DNA of 64,000 nt. Source: Candidatus Bathyarchaeia archaeon. Lineage in GTDB: Archaea > Thermoproteota > Bathyarchaeia > Bathyarchaeales > Bathycorpusculaceae. Shown piece by piece: positions 48,143-59,602 of the stretch. Below the pieces are notes generated by a model that was not told where the DNA came from, did not search any database, and saw only the letters and a list, made by a program, of their open reading frames with translations. Location of the stretch: NCBI GenBank assembly GCA_050012255.1, contig JBEKHN010000001.1, positions 1 through 64,000 on the forward strand, in the 5' to 3' direction. The translations under genes and the position numbers were made by a program. Position 1 is the stretch's first letter. Each line of letters opens with the position of its first letter.

Positions 48143-49258
48143 ATGTCGACTGGTTTGCGCAAGACTCTGTTCAAAAGCTCCGCGGGAGCTTTCATTTTCA
48201 TCGTCTTGTTAGCATTCATTCTTAGAGTTAACGTCTATTCTTTGGGGCCATACGTTGACGAGGAAACTTATGATTGGCTGGCTTTCAACCTGTCCCAAGG
48301 GAAGCTTAGAACGGGTTCGTCTTTCACAGATGTCTATGCACGCTATGGAGCTACTACTCCAGATCAACAGGTTGAGCCCTGGCTCGACCATCCTGTGCTG
48401 TATCCTTCAATTTTAGGAATAGTTAAAGCCTTCTTCCGCTTTGCCTTCAGATCAGACTTGGCCTTCTATGGGTCGAGGTTGACCTCGATACTTGTTTTTT
48501 GTCTCCCTACAATCTACCTTGTAATGATTGTGTGCAAGAAGAGATATGGAAACGGACCTGCGGTGATTGCAGGTTTGACCTATGCTGTCGCGCCTTCAAT
48601 AGTGCTCATGCAGCAAATGATATTTTTAGACCAAGGCGTAGCCTTTTTTTCAATGCTATCGTTCTTCGCTCTTACGAAGCACCTCGACGAAGGCGGGCCC
48701 AAGTGGTTAGTCTTGTCTTCGATTTTTGCAGGCTCTGCATCTCTGTGCAAAGGCACGGGGGTATTTGCAATCCCTGCCGTGGCGCTGACAGTAATTTTCA
48801 GCAAAGGATTCACAATCAAGAAAAAGGTATCCAAGAGTCTTCTGACGTTGGTCATTGGAGGGGCACTATTCTTGATCTATCCCTTGTACGGGTATCTTCT
48901 AAATTCACAGCTTTTCCAAGCAATCTCGTCGACGCAGTTGTCTAGCCATTCGATCATTGTTGATTGGCTGATTAGATCAATGGTAGAGTATCCGTGGAAC
49001 TATCAGCATGCTTATGATTTATTTCTGCTGCTCGGCTGGATTGCCGTCGCATACATGCTCGTTAAGGGGCTGGAACACCACCAAGTTGAGGCCCCCTTGA
49101 TCTGGTTAGCTTGTTACATAGGAGTCCTTGTTTTTGTATCGAGGAATGCCTATTTCTATTCACAAATCGTGCTTTACCCATTTCTTTCAATCGCAATTGG
49201 CAAGATGCTTTTCGACTTGTTGGTTCTTGTGAAGGATTTCAGAAATAGACAAGTTTGA
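48143..49258 (+). CDS. GT-C glycosyltransferase (ArnT/PMT-like)
   Basis: VDE..Y and DHP.LY motifs; multiple TM helices. Confidence 0.85.
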   Translation: MSTGLRKTLFKSSAGAFIFIVLLAFILRVNVYSLGPYVDEETYDWLAFNLSQGKLRTGSSFTDVYARYGATTPDQQVEPWLDHPVLYPSILGIVKAFFRFAFRSDLAFYGSRLTSILVFCLPTIYLVMIVCKKRYGNGPAVIAGLTYAVAPSIVLMQQMIFLDQGVAFFSMLSFFALTKHLDEGGPKWLVLSSIFAGSASLCKGTGVFAIPAVALTVIFSKGFTIKKKVSKSLLTLVIGGALFLIYPLYGYLLNSQLFQAISSTQLSSHSIIVDWLIRSMVEYPWNYQHAYDLFLLLGWIAVAYMLVKGLEHHQVEAPLIWLACYIGVLVFVSRNAYFYSQIVLYPFLSIAIGKMLFDLLVLVKDFRNRQV

Positions 49259-49796
49259 AATACCCTGATTAGACAGGCCTGCTCAACCTTGAGCGCGCTT
49301 CCGTTCCGTAAACGGCTGTGTTAGTTGAAGGACCCGCTACGCTAGTGGAGTTTATCGAGAAAAGAGAACCACTGTGATAGGTCACTATTAGATCGAAGAA
49401 ATAGCAGACATTGAGCCAACCGCTACAGGCGCCACGGCGCTAGAGATCGCCTTTCTCGATGAGTACTTACAGAGGAAATTCGAACTCGAGGAATTCGAGA
49501 TTAACCGAAGATTCTTGCAGTCTTCTTTTAAAACTCTTGGCTCAAAACTTCCGCAACAATCAAAACTCTAGAAAGAGAGACACAAATCTAAAATGGAAAC
49601 AAGGAGGGGACCAACGAGTTTCAAACGAATTTTCATTCATTGTTGGCTCTCCTTTTATCCTTCGCCTGCGCTTCCCATAGGAAATATTGAACAATGTTCT
49701 TTGCACTTTTCCATCGCTTCGGTACGTAGTCTTTTGAACGAATTCAATAAGGGTCTTGATCGAAACGAAAATGTCAGACATTCTTTATGGCATCTG

Positions 49797-51224
49797 CTAT
49801 TGCTTTTTGTTCGGTTTCCCTGTGGCGAGTTTGATTCCCAGTGCGTAGATAATGATAACTATTAAAGGCTGAATCAGAAGATACACTGGAATTCTGGCTT
49901 CAGGGGGCGTCAGAGAAATATAGGGAGATATGAAATACGAAAGATCATAACGATACATGATGTCCAAGATGAAGAATCCACTTATAGCCCAGTAGAAGTG
50001 TCTGAGGTTCACGCTGTTCTTTTTCGCGGCTAAGACCAGAATCAGCGGCAGCACCCATATTAGATATTGCTCATTGACGACGCTGTAGGTGAGGTAAGTG
50101 ACAAAGTGTGCAACGACCGCATACGCTATGATCTCTTGGTCCTGCAACGGTTTGCTTCTGAGAATCTGGAAAGCAAGAAAGATCAGAGCGATGCCCATCA
50201 AGAGAGGCGAAATCGGAATGTTCATGCTCACGTGTAGATCCTTAAATATCTCATTGAGGAACGTGAGCGGTGTGAGGTTTTGAAAGAGGTTCTGGCCTCC
50301 CCAATCGGGAGAGGCTCGCTTGTAGAACAGGTTCACTATTAGTTGAGTTGATAGGGACAATGGATCTTGACCGGCGAGAGAAGCCGCGATAGCATAGGCC
50401 GTGAATGTTGCTATCAGAACGACAAGCGTTGAAAGTAGGAAATATCTCAGTGCTTTGACTTTTTCCCCTCTCTTGTAGATAATAAGAAACATTATTGGGA
50501 TGAGTATGATTGCGTATAGCTTGAACAGCACAGAGACTGCCAAGAGTATGGCGGAGGATCTGTATTTTCTCGCTATCAAGAGATAAACCGATAATAGCAC
50601 GAGAAGCGCTGGGATTGCGTCAAACATGCCCCATACGGATGAGATCCAGATGACGTAGGGATTGAAGAGCCATGCAAGAAGAGCATAGTAGGCATGCTTT
50701 GGAGACTCTCGCTTGATAAGTTCATACAGGACCAAGGCGATTAGAAGGTCAGCCACTATGATAGGTGTCTTGTCAATCAAATCTAATATGGGAAGTCCGG
50801 CTGGGACGAATGAGCGGTAGATTTCAAAGAGGTTACCCGTCTCTGCCCATTTGCGCCACAAAACAGTGATGCTGGCTGGTAATTGAGGAAAGTAGAAAAG
50901 TGAGTAGACCGGATAGATTGCTAAGAGCGTTAGAAGCCACATGGGAGGATATGACCAAGCAAGTTCAAGAGGAACTCCAGATTGAGGCCAGAAAGGGTTA
51001 ACATGATAATTGTAGACCAGTACTTGCTCTATCCTCCAAACGTACATGTCCCACCTTTGCTCCATGAAGGGAGCGAAGGCAAAACGTATAGCCGCTCCTA
51101 GAACGAACGGATAGAGAATCTTCGGAGAGTGCAGGTTCTTGCCCAATTGCGCAAGTCTAGCAGTCCATTCCTGGATGGCACCAGTTGTACTCGCTAAAGC
51201 CCTCTTGACACTATTTTTTGTCAA
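49797..51224 (-). CDS. GT-C glycosyltransferase (GT87/PIG-M-like)
   Basis: YPP, K.PII.ADL, FNP..IWISSVWGMFD and NEQYLIW motifs. Confidence 0.85.
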   Translation of the reverse strand: MTKNSVKRALASTTGAIQEWTARLAQLGKNLHSPKILYPFVLGAAIRFAFAPFMEQRWDMYVWRIEQVLVYNYHVNPFWPQSGVPLELAWSYPPMWLLTLLAIYPVYSLFYFPQLPASITVLWRKWAETGNLFEIYRSFVPAGLPILDLIDKTPIIVADLLIALVLYELIKRESPKHAYYALLAWLFNPYVIWISSVWGMFDAIPALLVLLSVYLLIARKYRSSAILLAVSVLFKLYAIILIPIMFLIIYKRGEKVKALRYFLLSTLVVLIATFTAYAIAASLAGQDPLSLSTQLIVNLFYKRASPDWGGQNLFQNLTPLTFLNEIFKDLHVSMNIPISPLLMGIALIFLAFQILRSKPLQDQEIIAYAVVAHFVTYLTYSVVNEQYLIWVLPLILVLAAKKNSVNLRHFYWAISGFFILDIMYRYDLSYFISPYISLTPPEARIPVYLLIQPLIVIIIYALGIKLATGKPNKKQ

Positions 51225-51283
51225 TACACGCCTCCGTCAACCTTGTGCACAGCCTTCGAAGTACGTGCAGTGTAGAAGCCTTG

Positions 51284-52138
51284 TCAGTGATGCTGAACGT
51301 GAGCATGCATCTGCATCAACCATTCGTACATTCTTCGAATTATGAATGTTGGAAGCATAAAAAATCTTTCTTTGCCATAGAACTTCTTCAGATAGTTTCT
51401 ATGGTTTCTGACCACGTAGTACTCGTACAGCGACCTTTTCTCCCCGACGTTTGACCACTGGCCCCCCCTTGTCAGACTTTTTTGGCAGTAGATTTTTGCT
51501 TTAGGCTGGTAATACAGTTTGTAACCTTTGCGCTTGAACCGTAACCAAAGGTCCGTTTCCTCCCGCCAGTAATTGCCAGTGTACGTTCGTTCATCAAACC
51601 CGCCGACATCCAGAAATGCGCTTTTCCGAATCATGGAGTAGCCATGCAAGATCGGGACTTCCACGACTTCTTTCGCTTCCACGTCGAAAGAGCCAGCTAC
51701 GTCGCCGCTCCATGGTTCGATGTGAGCATACGCTCCAGCATTTCCTACAGCGGAACTGTGCACGTTGAGAGTGTACACCAGCCTCGGCGCAACGGCTCCA
51801 AACGTCTTCGCGTCGACTCTGTCGAGAGCCGCGGCAAGCGCGCTCAGGCAATGCGAGTCGACTACGACGTCGTCGCCACTGAGAAAGACAAATTCTTCTC
51901 TTGCTTCGTTCACGCCCAGGTTCCATGCGAAAGGTGTTCCCCTGTGCGGAGTTCTCGTGTACCTGATCGTTCTGCCCACGTACGGTTCGACTGACTCTTT
52001 TGTTCTGTCAACAGAACCGTCGTCGACCACGATCACTTCGAAATCTTTGTGTGTCTGCGTCAAAAGTGAATCCAGAGTCCTCGTGACCAATGAGCATCGG
52101 TTGAAAGTCGGAATCACCACTGAAACGCGCAAATCCAC
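51284..52138 (-). CDS. Glycosyltransferase family 2
   Basis: SVVIPTFNR, VVDDGS, VGGFDE and EETDL motifs. Confidence 0.93.
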   Translation of the reverse strand: MDLRVSVVIPTFNRCSLVTRTLDSLLTQTHKDFEVIVVDDGSVDRTKESVEPYVGRTIRYTRTPHRGTPFAWNLGVNEAREEFVFLSGDDVVVDSHCLSALAAALDRVDAKTFGAVAPRLVYTLNVHSSAVGNAGAYAHIEPWSGDVAGSFDVEAKEVVEVPILHGYSMIRKSAFLDVGGFDERTYTGNYWREETDLWLRFKRKGYKLYYQPKAKIYCQKSLTRGGQWSNVGEKRSLYEYYVVRNHRNYLKKFYGKERFFMLPTFIIRRMYEWLMQMHAHVQHH

Positions 52139-52213
52139 TGTCCTCTGAGTGTGATTAGTGAGTTTACAGATATCTAAAGAAAATGGGAAAAATAAAAAAA
52201 GAGGTTTTAGGGT

Positions 52214-55200
52214 TTATGGATCAGGGTGTATCGGCAACTTCTCACTTATCGTGCCCAAGTGTTCAACGATGCTGAACGCTGGGTGCTTCGGGTCCGTGAA
52301 GTCCATCTTCAGAATGATGCCCGTGACGCCGCAGTTGACCTGTTGCAGATATCGTATTCCCGAGTAGTACCAATAGTATTCAGTGGTTCCGTCGTTCGCG
52401 TAGTACGTAGTCACCGGATTCCTTACCACGTCTCCTGCTAGCCACTGGCAAGCGTAGAAGGTGTCTCTTCCCCACACGCCCCACACGTTGAAGATCTCCG
52501 TTCCGTTGATATCCAAGTATGTGCTGATTACTGCATAGCCCGTCGTGTTGCTTGAGAAGTAGGCGTTCTTGCTCCAGCATGTTAGAGCATCGACGGCTCC
52601 GTTCCATGGGCCGTAGGGTGTGTACCATGAAATTCCGTAGAGTGCAGGTTCGTAATCGTTGGTGTAGTATGTCAGCATGTTTGCCAATGGGCCACCGACC
52701 GAGATCAGGTTTGACGTACTAACTGGCCAATACGTGCACCAGTCGTCCGATAAGCCTGTTCTGTTCCCTGGTACCGTCGTGTCGCCGCTCATGTAATAGT
52801 CTGCCCAAGAGCTGCCTGACCCAGACTTGCTCATGATGTTCGGTGCGCTCTGCACGCCGCTTTCAGTGAATATCATGTCCAGTCCCGCGTTTCCTACCTC
52901 CACCTGCTTGTCCTTGAAGGCCGCTGTAACTAGGGATGTGCCGATCGAATCGATGGGCTTTGAGTCTCTTCCGACAGTCGCCCACTCGTAGCGTCCGCCT
53001 ATTTCTTCGTTGTACAGATAGTACTGGGAGTTCGTAATCTCCACGTACCATGTCATGTTGTAGTGTGTTCCGTTCGAAACCGCAGCTGCGTAAACGTGTA
53101 TCTGTGGGTCGAAATAGTGAACGTGGACCGTGTCATTACCGTAGGGTTCGGACACGCTGTAGGTTATTGGGTCGGTGATTGTTGCTGTCAAGTTGAAATT
53201 AGCACTGGCTGAATTGTTCATAGTTGCAGGGAAGTTTTCGTAGTTTGTCAGAATTGCCGTGTTCTCAAAGAACACTTTGAATTCGTTGTAGTAACTCGAT
53301 GGGGTGAACCATATGTTGGCAGCCTCAGGGGTGCTGAATGAGTTCGTTGTCTTGTTCTGGAAACTCACTGCGAGATTATGTAAGTCAGCCGCCCATTTCA
53401 CTCCAAGCGTGTCGGTGATGTAGCCGTATTCTTCTTTAGAAAAGAGCGATATCGGGCTACCGGTTAGCGCTTGGTTAGTCACTGAGTTGATGTCAAGCAA
53501 AATGTAGCTGCCAAGCCAGTAGTCGTTGGTCGAATACAGTACTTTGTAGTGCAGACTTGCGTTGAGGCCCGAGATGGTGGCGATCCCAGTGTATGAGTCA
53601 ACAGAGAAACTGTAGTCTTTCAGGCTGCCATGCACGGGGTCAAGTGCGTATCTGTGCAGCAGTTTACCTGTCTCTAGGCACTCGACTCTCTCAGTGAACT
53701 CTGCGTACTGGTCCCAATAGTTGTCGTCAACCTTAACGACTGGCGTGTGTTTCAACGCGTAGGACGTGTATCCATAGAGGAATTCGACCCAGCTTCTTGT
53801 GTCCTTCTTCTCAACTGCAGACACTAGGTCCCACGGGTTGAACACTTCGTTCAGTTGGAAGAGAGCTTCTCTGTCTGGAGTATTATGGTGGGTTCCACCC
53901 AATAATGCGGCCATTTCCGTATCGTCTGCATCGTGATGGTCCACTAGGCCGATGACTGATACGCCTCTGAACTGTTTCCCGTAGCCCTGAGCCGTAGTGT
54001 AGTCCAGCATGAAATCCCATTGTCCAATGATGAACGGTATGTCCGGTTCCTTAGATGCGGGCACCATGTCAGGGTCGCTTGTGTTGTAAATCGGAAGCAA
54101 CGCAGTAGTCCATCCGTCTGGTGTGTAGTCGCTCAAGATGGGCCAGAAGGCTTCAAAGCCTACGCTCGAGTTGTCTCTTGCTATCACTTGCGCTAGGTCA
54201 TATCTTCCAGGTGTAGTGTAGGATACTGTGTAGGCGTCGTTATATTCGTTCGGTTTTCTGTAGAGTTTGAAGTAGATTTCAACGCCTGAGCCAGTCGCTG
54301 GCACGGTGAGCCACGTTAGCTGGCCCGTGTTGTAGTCTAGCGTGTAGTTCTTTCCGTTCTTTTGCCACAGACCGTTCACGTAGACGAATTCGGAGAATGA
54401 AACCACTGGCGGACCATACCACGGATGACCACCGATGTCGTTCACCAGGTTCAGACCTGTGTAGGCGCTGTTCCAAGAAGTGTTCGAGTATACGTATTCT
54501 CTTGTGATGTTCAGGGCAAGCGTGTAGTCTACATCATATGGCGTTGTGAGCAATGGAGTGTCATGCCAGAAGTGTACGTAGCTCTTCCAGTCTGGTGAAG
54601 GCCCAAGGTCCCATTCACCGCGGTTGCTGAACATCACGTCTACGGGTCCACTTAAGATTTTTTCGTCCATCGTCAATTTGATGTCTTTGAGCACAGTGAC
54701 TTCTTTCTTGTCTTTCTCGAAGATTATGGTGAATACGACGTCAAGTACTCTCCAGCTCGTTCCCAATGTTGTGTCATTGAGGTGCGTTGTCAACTGTGCA
54801 ACAAATTCTCTAGGTCCATTGTAGAGCACTATTATGGGATCGGTTGTTGCAATTCCACTGGTTTTTCGCCCTCCGTACGGCGCACCGTACGGATTAGTCG
54901 CCATGTTAACCCAGTCTCCTCCGGTCTGTATCAAGTCGGAGAATTCTGCGAACGCCCATAGGTTCCGTCCACCGTAGACTCTGTGAACATAACGCGCGTT
55001 TAGTTCCCATCCTTGAACCCAGTATTGCTGTAGAACGCCTTCGTTGGCGAATGGATCTTTGCCAGAATAGTTCATGCCATTGCCAGTGTATGGGTTTGTC
55101 ATCTCGCCGTATTTGGAGAAACCTATAGTCATGTTACTGTTCGTATATGGATAGAGCAAGTAGGTGTCGGTGTTAAGCACTCCTTGAACTTGTAAGTAGT

Positions 55201-55300
55201 CGCTAGAAGTGTCTCCTTTAACATTGAGTATGAACGCTGCTCCTAAGAGAGATGTTACGATCATCGCAGATACTAGAAGTCCGATCAAATACTTTTTCAT
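52214..55300 (-). CDS. Probable major S-layer/surface glycoprotein
   Basis: Signal peptide from ATG 55300; about 1030 aa, rich in Y/N/T; many sequons; C-terminal NLISVGGPLAN S-layer-type motif; beside the glycosylation genes; T-tract terminator. Confidence 0.7.
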   Translation of the reverse strand: MKKYLIGLLVSAMIVTSLLGAAFILNVKGDTSSDYLQVQGVLNTDTYLLYPYTNSNMTIGFSKYGEMTNPYTGNGMNYSGKDPFANEGVLQQYWVQGWELNARYVHRVYGGRNLWAFAEFSDLIQTGGDWVNMATNPYGAPYGGRKTSGIATTDPIIVLYNGPREFVAQLTTHLNDTTLGTSWRVLDVVFTIIFEKDKKEVTVLKDIKLTMDEKILSGPVDVMFSNRGEWDLGPSPDWKSYVHFWHDTPLLTTPYDVDYTLALNITREYVYSNTSWNSAYTGLNLVNDIGGHPWYGPPVVSFSEFVYVNGLWQKNGKNYTLDYNTGQLTWLTVPATGSGVEIYFKLYRKPNEYNDAYTVSYTTPGRYDLAQVIARDNSSVGFEAFWPILSDYTPDGWTTALLPIYNTSDPDMVPASKEPDIPFIIGQWDFMLDYTTAQGYGKQFRGVSVIGLVDHHDADDTEMAALLGGTHHNTPDREALFQLNEVFNPWDLVSAVEKKDTRSWVEFLYGYTSYALKHTPVVKVDDNYWDQYAEFTERVECLETGKLLHRYALDPVHGSLKDYSFSVDSYTGIATISGLNASLHYKVLYSTNDYWLGSYILLDINSVTNQALTGSPISLFSKEEYGYITDTLGVKWAADLHNLAVSFQNKTTNSFSTPEAANIWFTPSSYYNEFKVFFENTAILTNYENFPATMNNSASANFNLTATITDPITYSVSEPYGNDTVHVHYFDPQIHVYAAAVSNGTHYNMTWYVEITNSQYYLYNEEIGGRYEWATVGRDSKPIDSIGTSLVTAAFKDKQVEVGNAGLDMIFTESGVQSAPNIMSKSGSGSSWADYYMSGDTTVPGNRTGLSDDWCTYWPVSTSNLISVGGPLANMLTYYTNDYEPALYGISWYTPYGPWNGAVDALTCWSKNAYFSSNTTGYAVISTYLDINGTEIFNVWGVWGRDTFYACQWLAGDVVRNPVTTYYANDGTTEYYWYYSGIRYLQQVNCGVTGIILKMDFTDPKHPAFSIVEHLGTISEKLPIHPDP

Positions 55301-55568
55301 TTTTCTTTCCTCATTTAAATTGTTCTTTCTATAGTTTGTAATCATTCGATTTAAAAGGTTTTCCATCCAAGAAAAGGGGAACAGAGAGAAGCAAAATTCA
55401 AAAATTCACGGTGTTTTGAAACACAAAGAGGAATATTAGGATTTTTCTCAAGACGTGCCGAGAAGCTGAGCTTACCGCCAAGACTGCACAACAAAGTTGA
55501 GCTGAAGTATTACCCAGGATACCCACCGACAACGACACATTGCGAAAAAGAGCGTGACAGCCTGAGTC

Positions 55569-56402
55569 TCACAGGACACCGCTGAAGAGGTCTTCGCTAC
55601 GAGAGATGCTCAACTCACTTGCGGCGCACTTGTCGCAGAACTCAACAGGACCGCTCATGCCCCTCAAAACGACAACGGGCCTAGCTTCCTTCCCTTGTCC
55701 CATGAGCAACTCCGCCGCAGCAGCAACCTCATCCAACACAGCAACATTCTTAACCTTCAAAACCTGACCGAACAAGTCACGCGTCCCGCGATAATCCCTG
55801 AACGGGTTGATTCCAGCAGCTCCTATCGCAAAGTTCACCTGCCCACGCCTGAAAGGACGACTAAAAGTGTCGCAAACGACGACGGCCACGTTCACGCCTG
55901 TCAGTTTCTTCATCTCCGAGCGGCACTCTTTCGCGGACTCATCAGGGTTCTCGGGCAACAACGCAAAGTTTCCCGTCCCCTCAACGTTCGACTTGTCTAT
56001 TCCAGCGTTTATACATATCAAACCGCGCTTGTCCTCGACCAGCAGCACTTCATGAGAAGCCTTGAGCACGTTCGCAGCCTCCCTCAAAACAAGCTCCACG
56101 AACCTCGGACTCTTCCCGGTCGTCTTGGCAAGCTCTTGGGCTCTTCTTGAAGGAACAACTTCTCTTAGTCTGGACAAACGATTTTCAGCCTTCGAGAAGA
56201 CCTTCTGCGCAACAACGATCACGTCGCCTTCCTGAACCCTAAAACCGTTCTTTTCACAAGTCTCAACGATGATTCTTGCAACATTGTCTCCTGGCTTCAC
56301 AAGCGGAAAATCTTCCAGAGCGAACGCAGTGAAACTTCTCAAGCGGCCTCCCCTCAACTGTGGATTAGGTTGTTCTTGCACTTCGTTAAATCTCTTGCCC
56401 AA
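55569..56402 (-). CDS. cofE: Coenzyme F420-0:L-glutamate ligase
   Basis: KVFSKAE, NAGIDKSN, LPENPD.SA, DT..RPFR.G and LLMGQ motifs. Confidence 0.93.
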   Translation of the reverse strand: MGKRFNEVQEQPNPQLRGGRLRSFTAFALEDFPLVKPGDNVARIIVETCEKNGFRVQEGDVIVVAQKVFSKAENRLSRLREVVPSRRAQELAKTTGKSPRFVELVLREAANVLKASHEVLLVEDKRGLICINAGIDKSNVEGTGNFALLPENPDESAKECRSEMKKLTGVNVAVVVCDTFSRPFRRGQVNFAIGAAGINPFRDYRGTRDLFGQVLKVKNVAVLDEVAAAAELLMGQGKEARPVVVLRGMSGPVEFCDKCAASELSISRSEDLFSGVL

Positions 56403-56524
56403 CCAGGCACAACCAGAAAACCATGTAGCTCAAGATTCTAAAGTTTTATCCTGAATTCATAACGCTTAAGCCAATTCGGACAAGAGGAATAGCACAAGCT
56501 CGACTACAAAGTGGATGCTTCCCC

Positions 56525-59500
56525 ATGAAAAAACAGTTCACGTTAATACTATTCCTATTCACCATAGTATTTGGTTCTCTCAACATCGTGTACAAAACCC
56601 TGCCCACCGTCAAGGCGACATACGTTGAAGGCGTGATCACCCAAGACACCATATGGACCTTGGTGGACAGCCCGATCGTTCTTTCTAACAACGTGACCGT
56701 TAACCCGGGTGCAACACTCACGATCGAGCCTGGCGTTGAGGTCAGGTTTGGAGGGGACTTTTCGCTGATAGTGAACGGAAGAATCTTGGCAAACGGAACA
56801 AAAGAGCGGAACATTCATTTCACAACCAACGACCCGTCCAGCACTGTCGCTTGGGAGACAATCGAAATCAATGGAACACAATCGTCATTGTTCTTGAACT
56901 GTATCATGGAATACGGAAGAAACGGGATAACAATGGATAACGGTTCCCTAGACGTTCAAAACAGTGCGATACGCTCGAACTCTGAGAACGGAATCACGTT
57001 GAATGGAGGTACTCTAACCATCCGGAATAGCGAGATAGCTAACAACAGCGCAAGCGCCATCAACGTAGCCGGTGGGGACCTTGTTTCAATAGAAAACGAC
57101 ATCATAGATTCAAACGGAAACGGCGTCCTCATAGCCGCCGTTGACCAAGTGGACGTGCACAACAACGTCATCGCATCAAACGGAAACGGTTTGCTCATAA
57201 CTGGTCAATTAAACGGAACAATGGACATCAGACAAAACGATATCTCTTCCAGCAAACAAAACGGAATACTCTTAGAAGCGAACACCCTCGGCAACACGGT
57301 CATAACTGAGAACAACGTCACATCAAACAACTGTGGGCTTCTTATCTCAGCCAACGTGAGCACGTACGTCACCCGCAACTACATTTCAAACAACACCGTC
57401 GGGATACAATACGATGGCTTCGCAAGTCATCAAGTCTACTTCAACGACATATACGAGAACGGCCAAGGCGTCGAACTAGCCCCCTCATACGCCGGCACCG
57501 TTAACGCAGCACACAACTACTGGGGCCAGAAGACTGGCCCGAAACATGACTCGTTGAACCCGTATGGAAAAGGAAACAGCGTCGGAGGCGACGGCACAAA
57601 CCTCGTTTTCATACCGTTCTTAACGCACCCATTTGCATACAACAACTTGCCTCCAACGGCAGTTCTCTGGACAGACAAGCTCCTAGTGGCACCGGGTCAA
57701 GCCGTCATGCTCGTGGGAACAGACTCACAGGATGATGGAAGCGTTTACCAATACTTTTTCGACTTCAATGACACTGGAAACAGCGGTTGGACGACACTGT
57801 CACTTTTCAATCACAGCTACTCTTCAACCGGAACCTACGTCGCGAGCCTGACCGTAGAGGACGATTTCGGAAGCAGGAGCGCCCCTGCTTTCACGACGGT
57901 AACCGTCGCAAACCTTCCTCAGCTGGGAGCATCAGTCACTCTGAGCAATTCTACTGTTGCCTACAACGGACAGACATCGGTTACGGTTTATGTGTCAGCC
58001 GGAGGCAGCGGAGCTGCTAACGCCAACGTCACACTGCTCTCCGTAAGGGGCGGAGTATTCTCACCCCAGTCAGGGGTCACGGACGCTAATGGGTACTTCA
58101 CAGCGAACTTTACAGCACCAAATATCACGGAGACAACGGATGTAAGAATAATCGCAAGAGCCTCAATGAACGGGTACACAGACGGTTCCGACTACAAGTA
58201 CATCAGAGTTCTTCCACCCCTCAGAGTTCAGGTGATCCCCGTACCTTCGACGATAATGTCTGAAGAAACGACAGCATTGACTGTTTACGTGACAGATCCC
58301 TCTGGACAACCCGTGACCGGGGCTAACCTCGCATTATCGTGCAGCAGCGGCACACTTTCAGCTAATGCTGGAGCAACAGGCTCAAACGGTTCAGCAGCAT
58401 TTACACTAACGGCCCCGCAGACACTGAGTCAAGTCAACGTCACCGTGACAGCCACAGCCAGTAAACTGCAATACGCTGACGGACAGGGACAAGTAACCGT
58501 AAGCGTTGAACCTCGAAGACTCGTCTTGAAAGTGACCTCCAGCCCCGACGTAATTCTTTCGGAAGAAACAGCAATCATAACTGCGCAGGTGACTCTTGAC
58601 TCGAACCCGGTTGCGAATGCAACGGTCACTGTGACCTCAGACGCTGGCGGAAACTTCTCGACGACAACGCAGCTAACAGACGCAACAGGCATCTCAGGAT
58701 TTGCCTTCACAGCCCCTCAAACTTCATCGAGCGACGGACTCAACGTCACTATAACTGCGACAGCAGCCAAGAGCGGATACGTAGACGCTGAGAGTCAAAC
58801 GGTAGTCGCCGTAAGGCCCAAGGTTCTTTCAGTCAACATCATTTCAGATTCATCCATCATCTATTCCGAAGGGAAATCAAACGTCGTGGTTCACGTGGGA
58901 TACGGAAACACTCCGATTCAAGGGGCAAACGTCACGATCACGACAGCCAACGGAAGCTTCACCCAGACGACAGGAGTGACAGACGGCTTTGGCAACGTGA
59001 CATTCGCCTTCACTGCACCCCTAGTTAATGCAGCCACGAATCTCACGTTTTCAGCAACAGCTTCAAAAACGGGATACCTTGACAACGCAGGTCAGCTGAA
59101 CATCACAGTGAACCCTAGGACGTTTGGCTTTCAGACAACCCCAGTGACACTCAGGTCAGGCCAAACAGAAACGGTGTCGATACACGTGACATGCAAGGAA
59201 GACGGCACATCAGTGGCCGGTGCAACAGTCACGATGTCATACGGCTACGGAGGCCCACTGACAAACGTCACAGACTCAACTGGAACTTGCACATTCATCA
59301 TAAACGCTCCACAAGCCCCAGTAGACACGCTGAACATAACGGTTACGTTAGCAAAAAGCGGATATCAGCAGAGACAGTCAAACGTGACATTGATCGTTGC
59401 TCCTGAAGAACAAGGCTTCCCGTTGTTAACAGTGCTTCTCGTTGCGATTCCAATAGTTGCTGCGGTCCTAGTCCTTGTCCTGATCAAGATGAAGCTCATC

Positions 59501-59536
59501 GTTGTTTCAACCAAGGAAGAGACGGAAGGGCAGTAA
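56525..59536 (+). CDS. Surface adhesin-like protein: parallel beta-helix, PKD and tandem Ig-like (Big_1) domains, C-terminal TM anchor
   Basis: LTIEPGV, N..N..GI repeats, NYWG, a PKD motif and repeated TD.NG...FTAP units. Confidence 0.85.
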   Translation: MKKQFTLILFLFTIVFGSLNIVYKTLPTVKATYVEGVITQDTIWTLVDSPIVLSNNVTVNPGATLTIEPGVEVRFGGDFSLIVNGRILANGTKERNIHFTTNDPSSTVAWETIEINGTQSSLFLNCIMEYGRNGITMDNGSLDVQNSAIRSNSENGITLNGGTLTIRNSEIANNSASAINVAGGDLVSIENDIIDSNGNGVLIAAVDQVDVHNNVIASNGNGLLITGQLNGTMDIRQNDISSSKQNGILLEANTLGNTVITENNVTSNNCGLLISANVSTYVTRNYISNNTVGIQYDGFASHQVYFNDIYENGQGVELAPSYAGTVNAAHNYWGQKTGPKHDSLNPYGKGNSVGGDGTNLVFIPFLTHPFAYNNLPPTAVLWTDKLLVAPGQAVMLVGTDSQDDGSVYQYFFDFNDTGNSGWTTLSLFNHSYSSTGTYVASLTVEDDFGSRSAPAFTTVTVANLPQLGASVTLSNSTVAYNGQTSVTVYVSAGGSGAANANVTLLSVRGGVFSPQSGVTDANGYFTANFTAPNITETTDVRIIARASMNGYTDGSDYKYIRVLPPLRVQVIPVPSTIMSEETTALTVYVTDPSGQPVTGANLALSCSSGTLSANAGATGSNGSAAFTLTAPQTLSQVNVTVTATASKLQYADGQGQVTVSVEPRRLVLKVTSSPDVILSEETAIITAQVTLDSNPVANATVTVTSDAGGNFSTTTQLTDATGISGFAFTAPQTSSSDGLNVTITATAAKSGYVDAESQTVVAVRPKVLSVNIISDSSIIYSEGKSNVVVHVGYGNTPIQGANVTITTANGSFTQTTGVTDGFGNVTFAFTAPLVNAATNLTFSATASKTGYLDNAGQLNITVNPRTFGFQTTPVTLRSGQTETVSIHVTCKEDGTSVAGATVTMSYGYGGPLTNVTDSTGTCTFIINAPQAPVDTLNITVTLAKSGYQQRQSNVTLIVAPEEQGFPLLTVLLVAIPIVAAVLVLVLIKMKLIVVSTKEETEGQ

Positions 59537-59602
59537 GGTCTCGTGAGACGTAATATTTAATAGACCGTCCACATATGAACAGTATAGAACAGGAGAACAA
59601 CA

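Noticed and set aside
49260-49790. Short ORFs between the two convergent GT-C genes
   Set aside because: They have no recognisable motifs. They may be a decayed remnant, but this cannot be supported from the sequence.
55455-55473. GTGCCGAGAAGCTGAGCTT resembling the att core
   Set aside because: Only 8 bp match exactly, there is no arm, and it is far from the tRNA on the other side, so it is probably chance.
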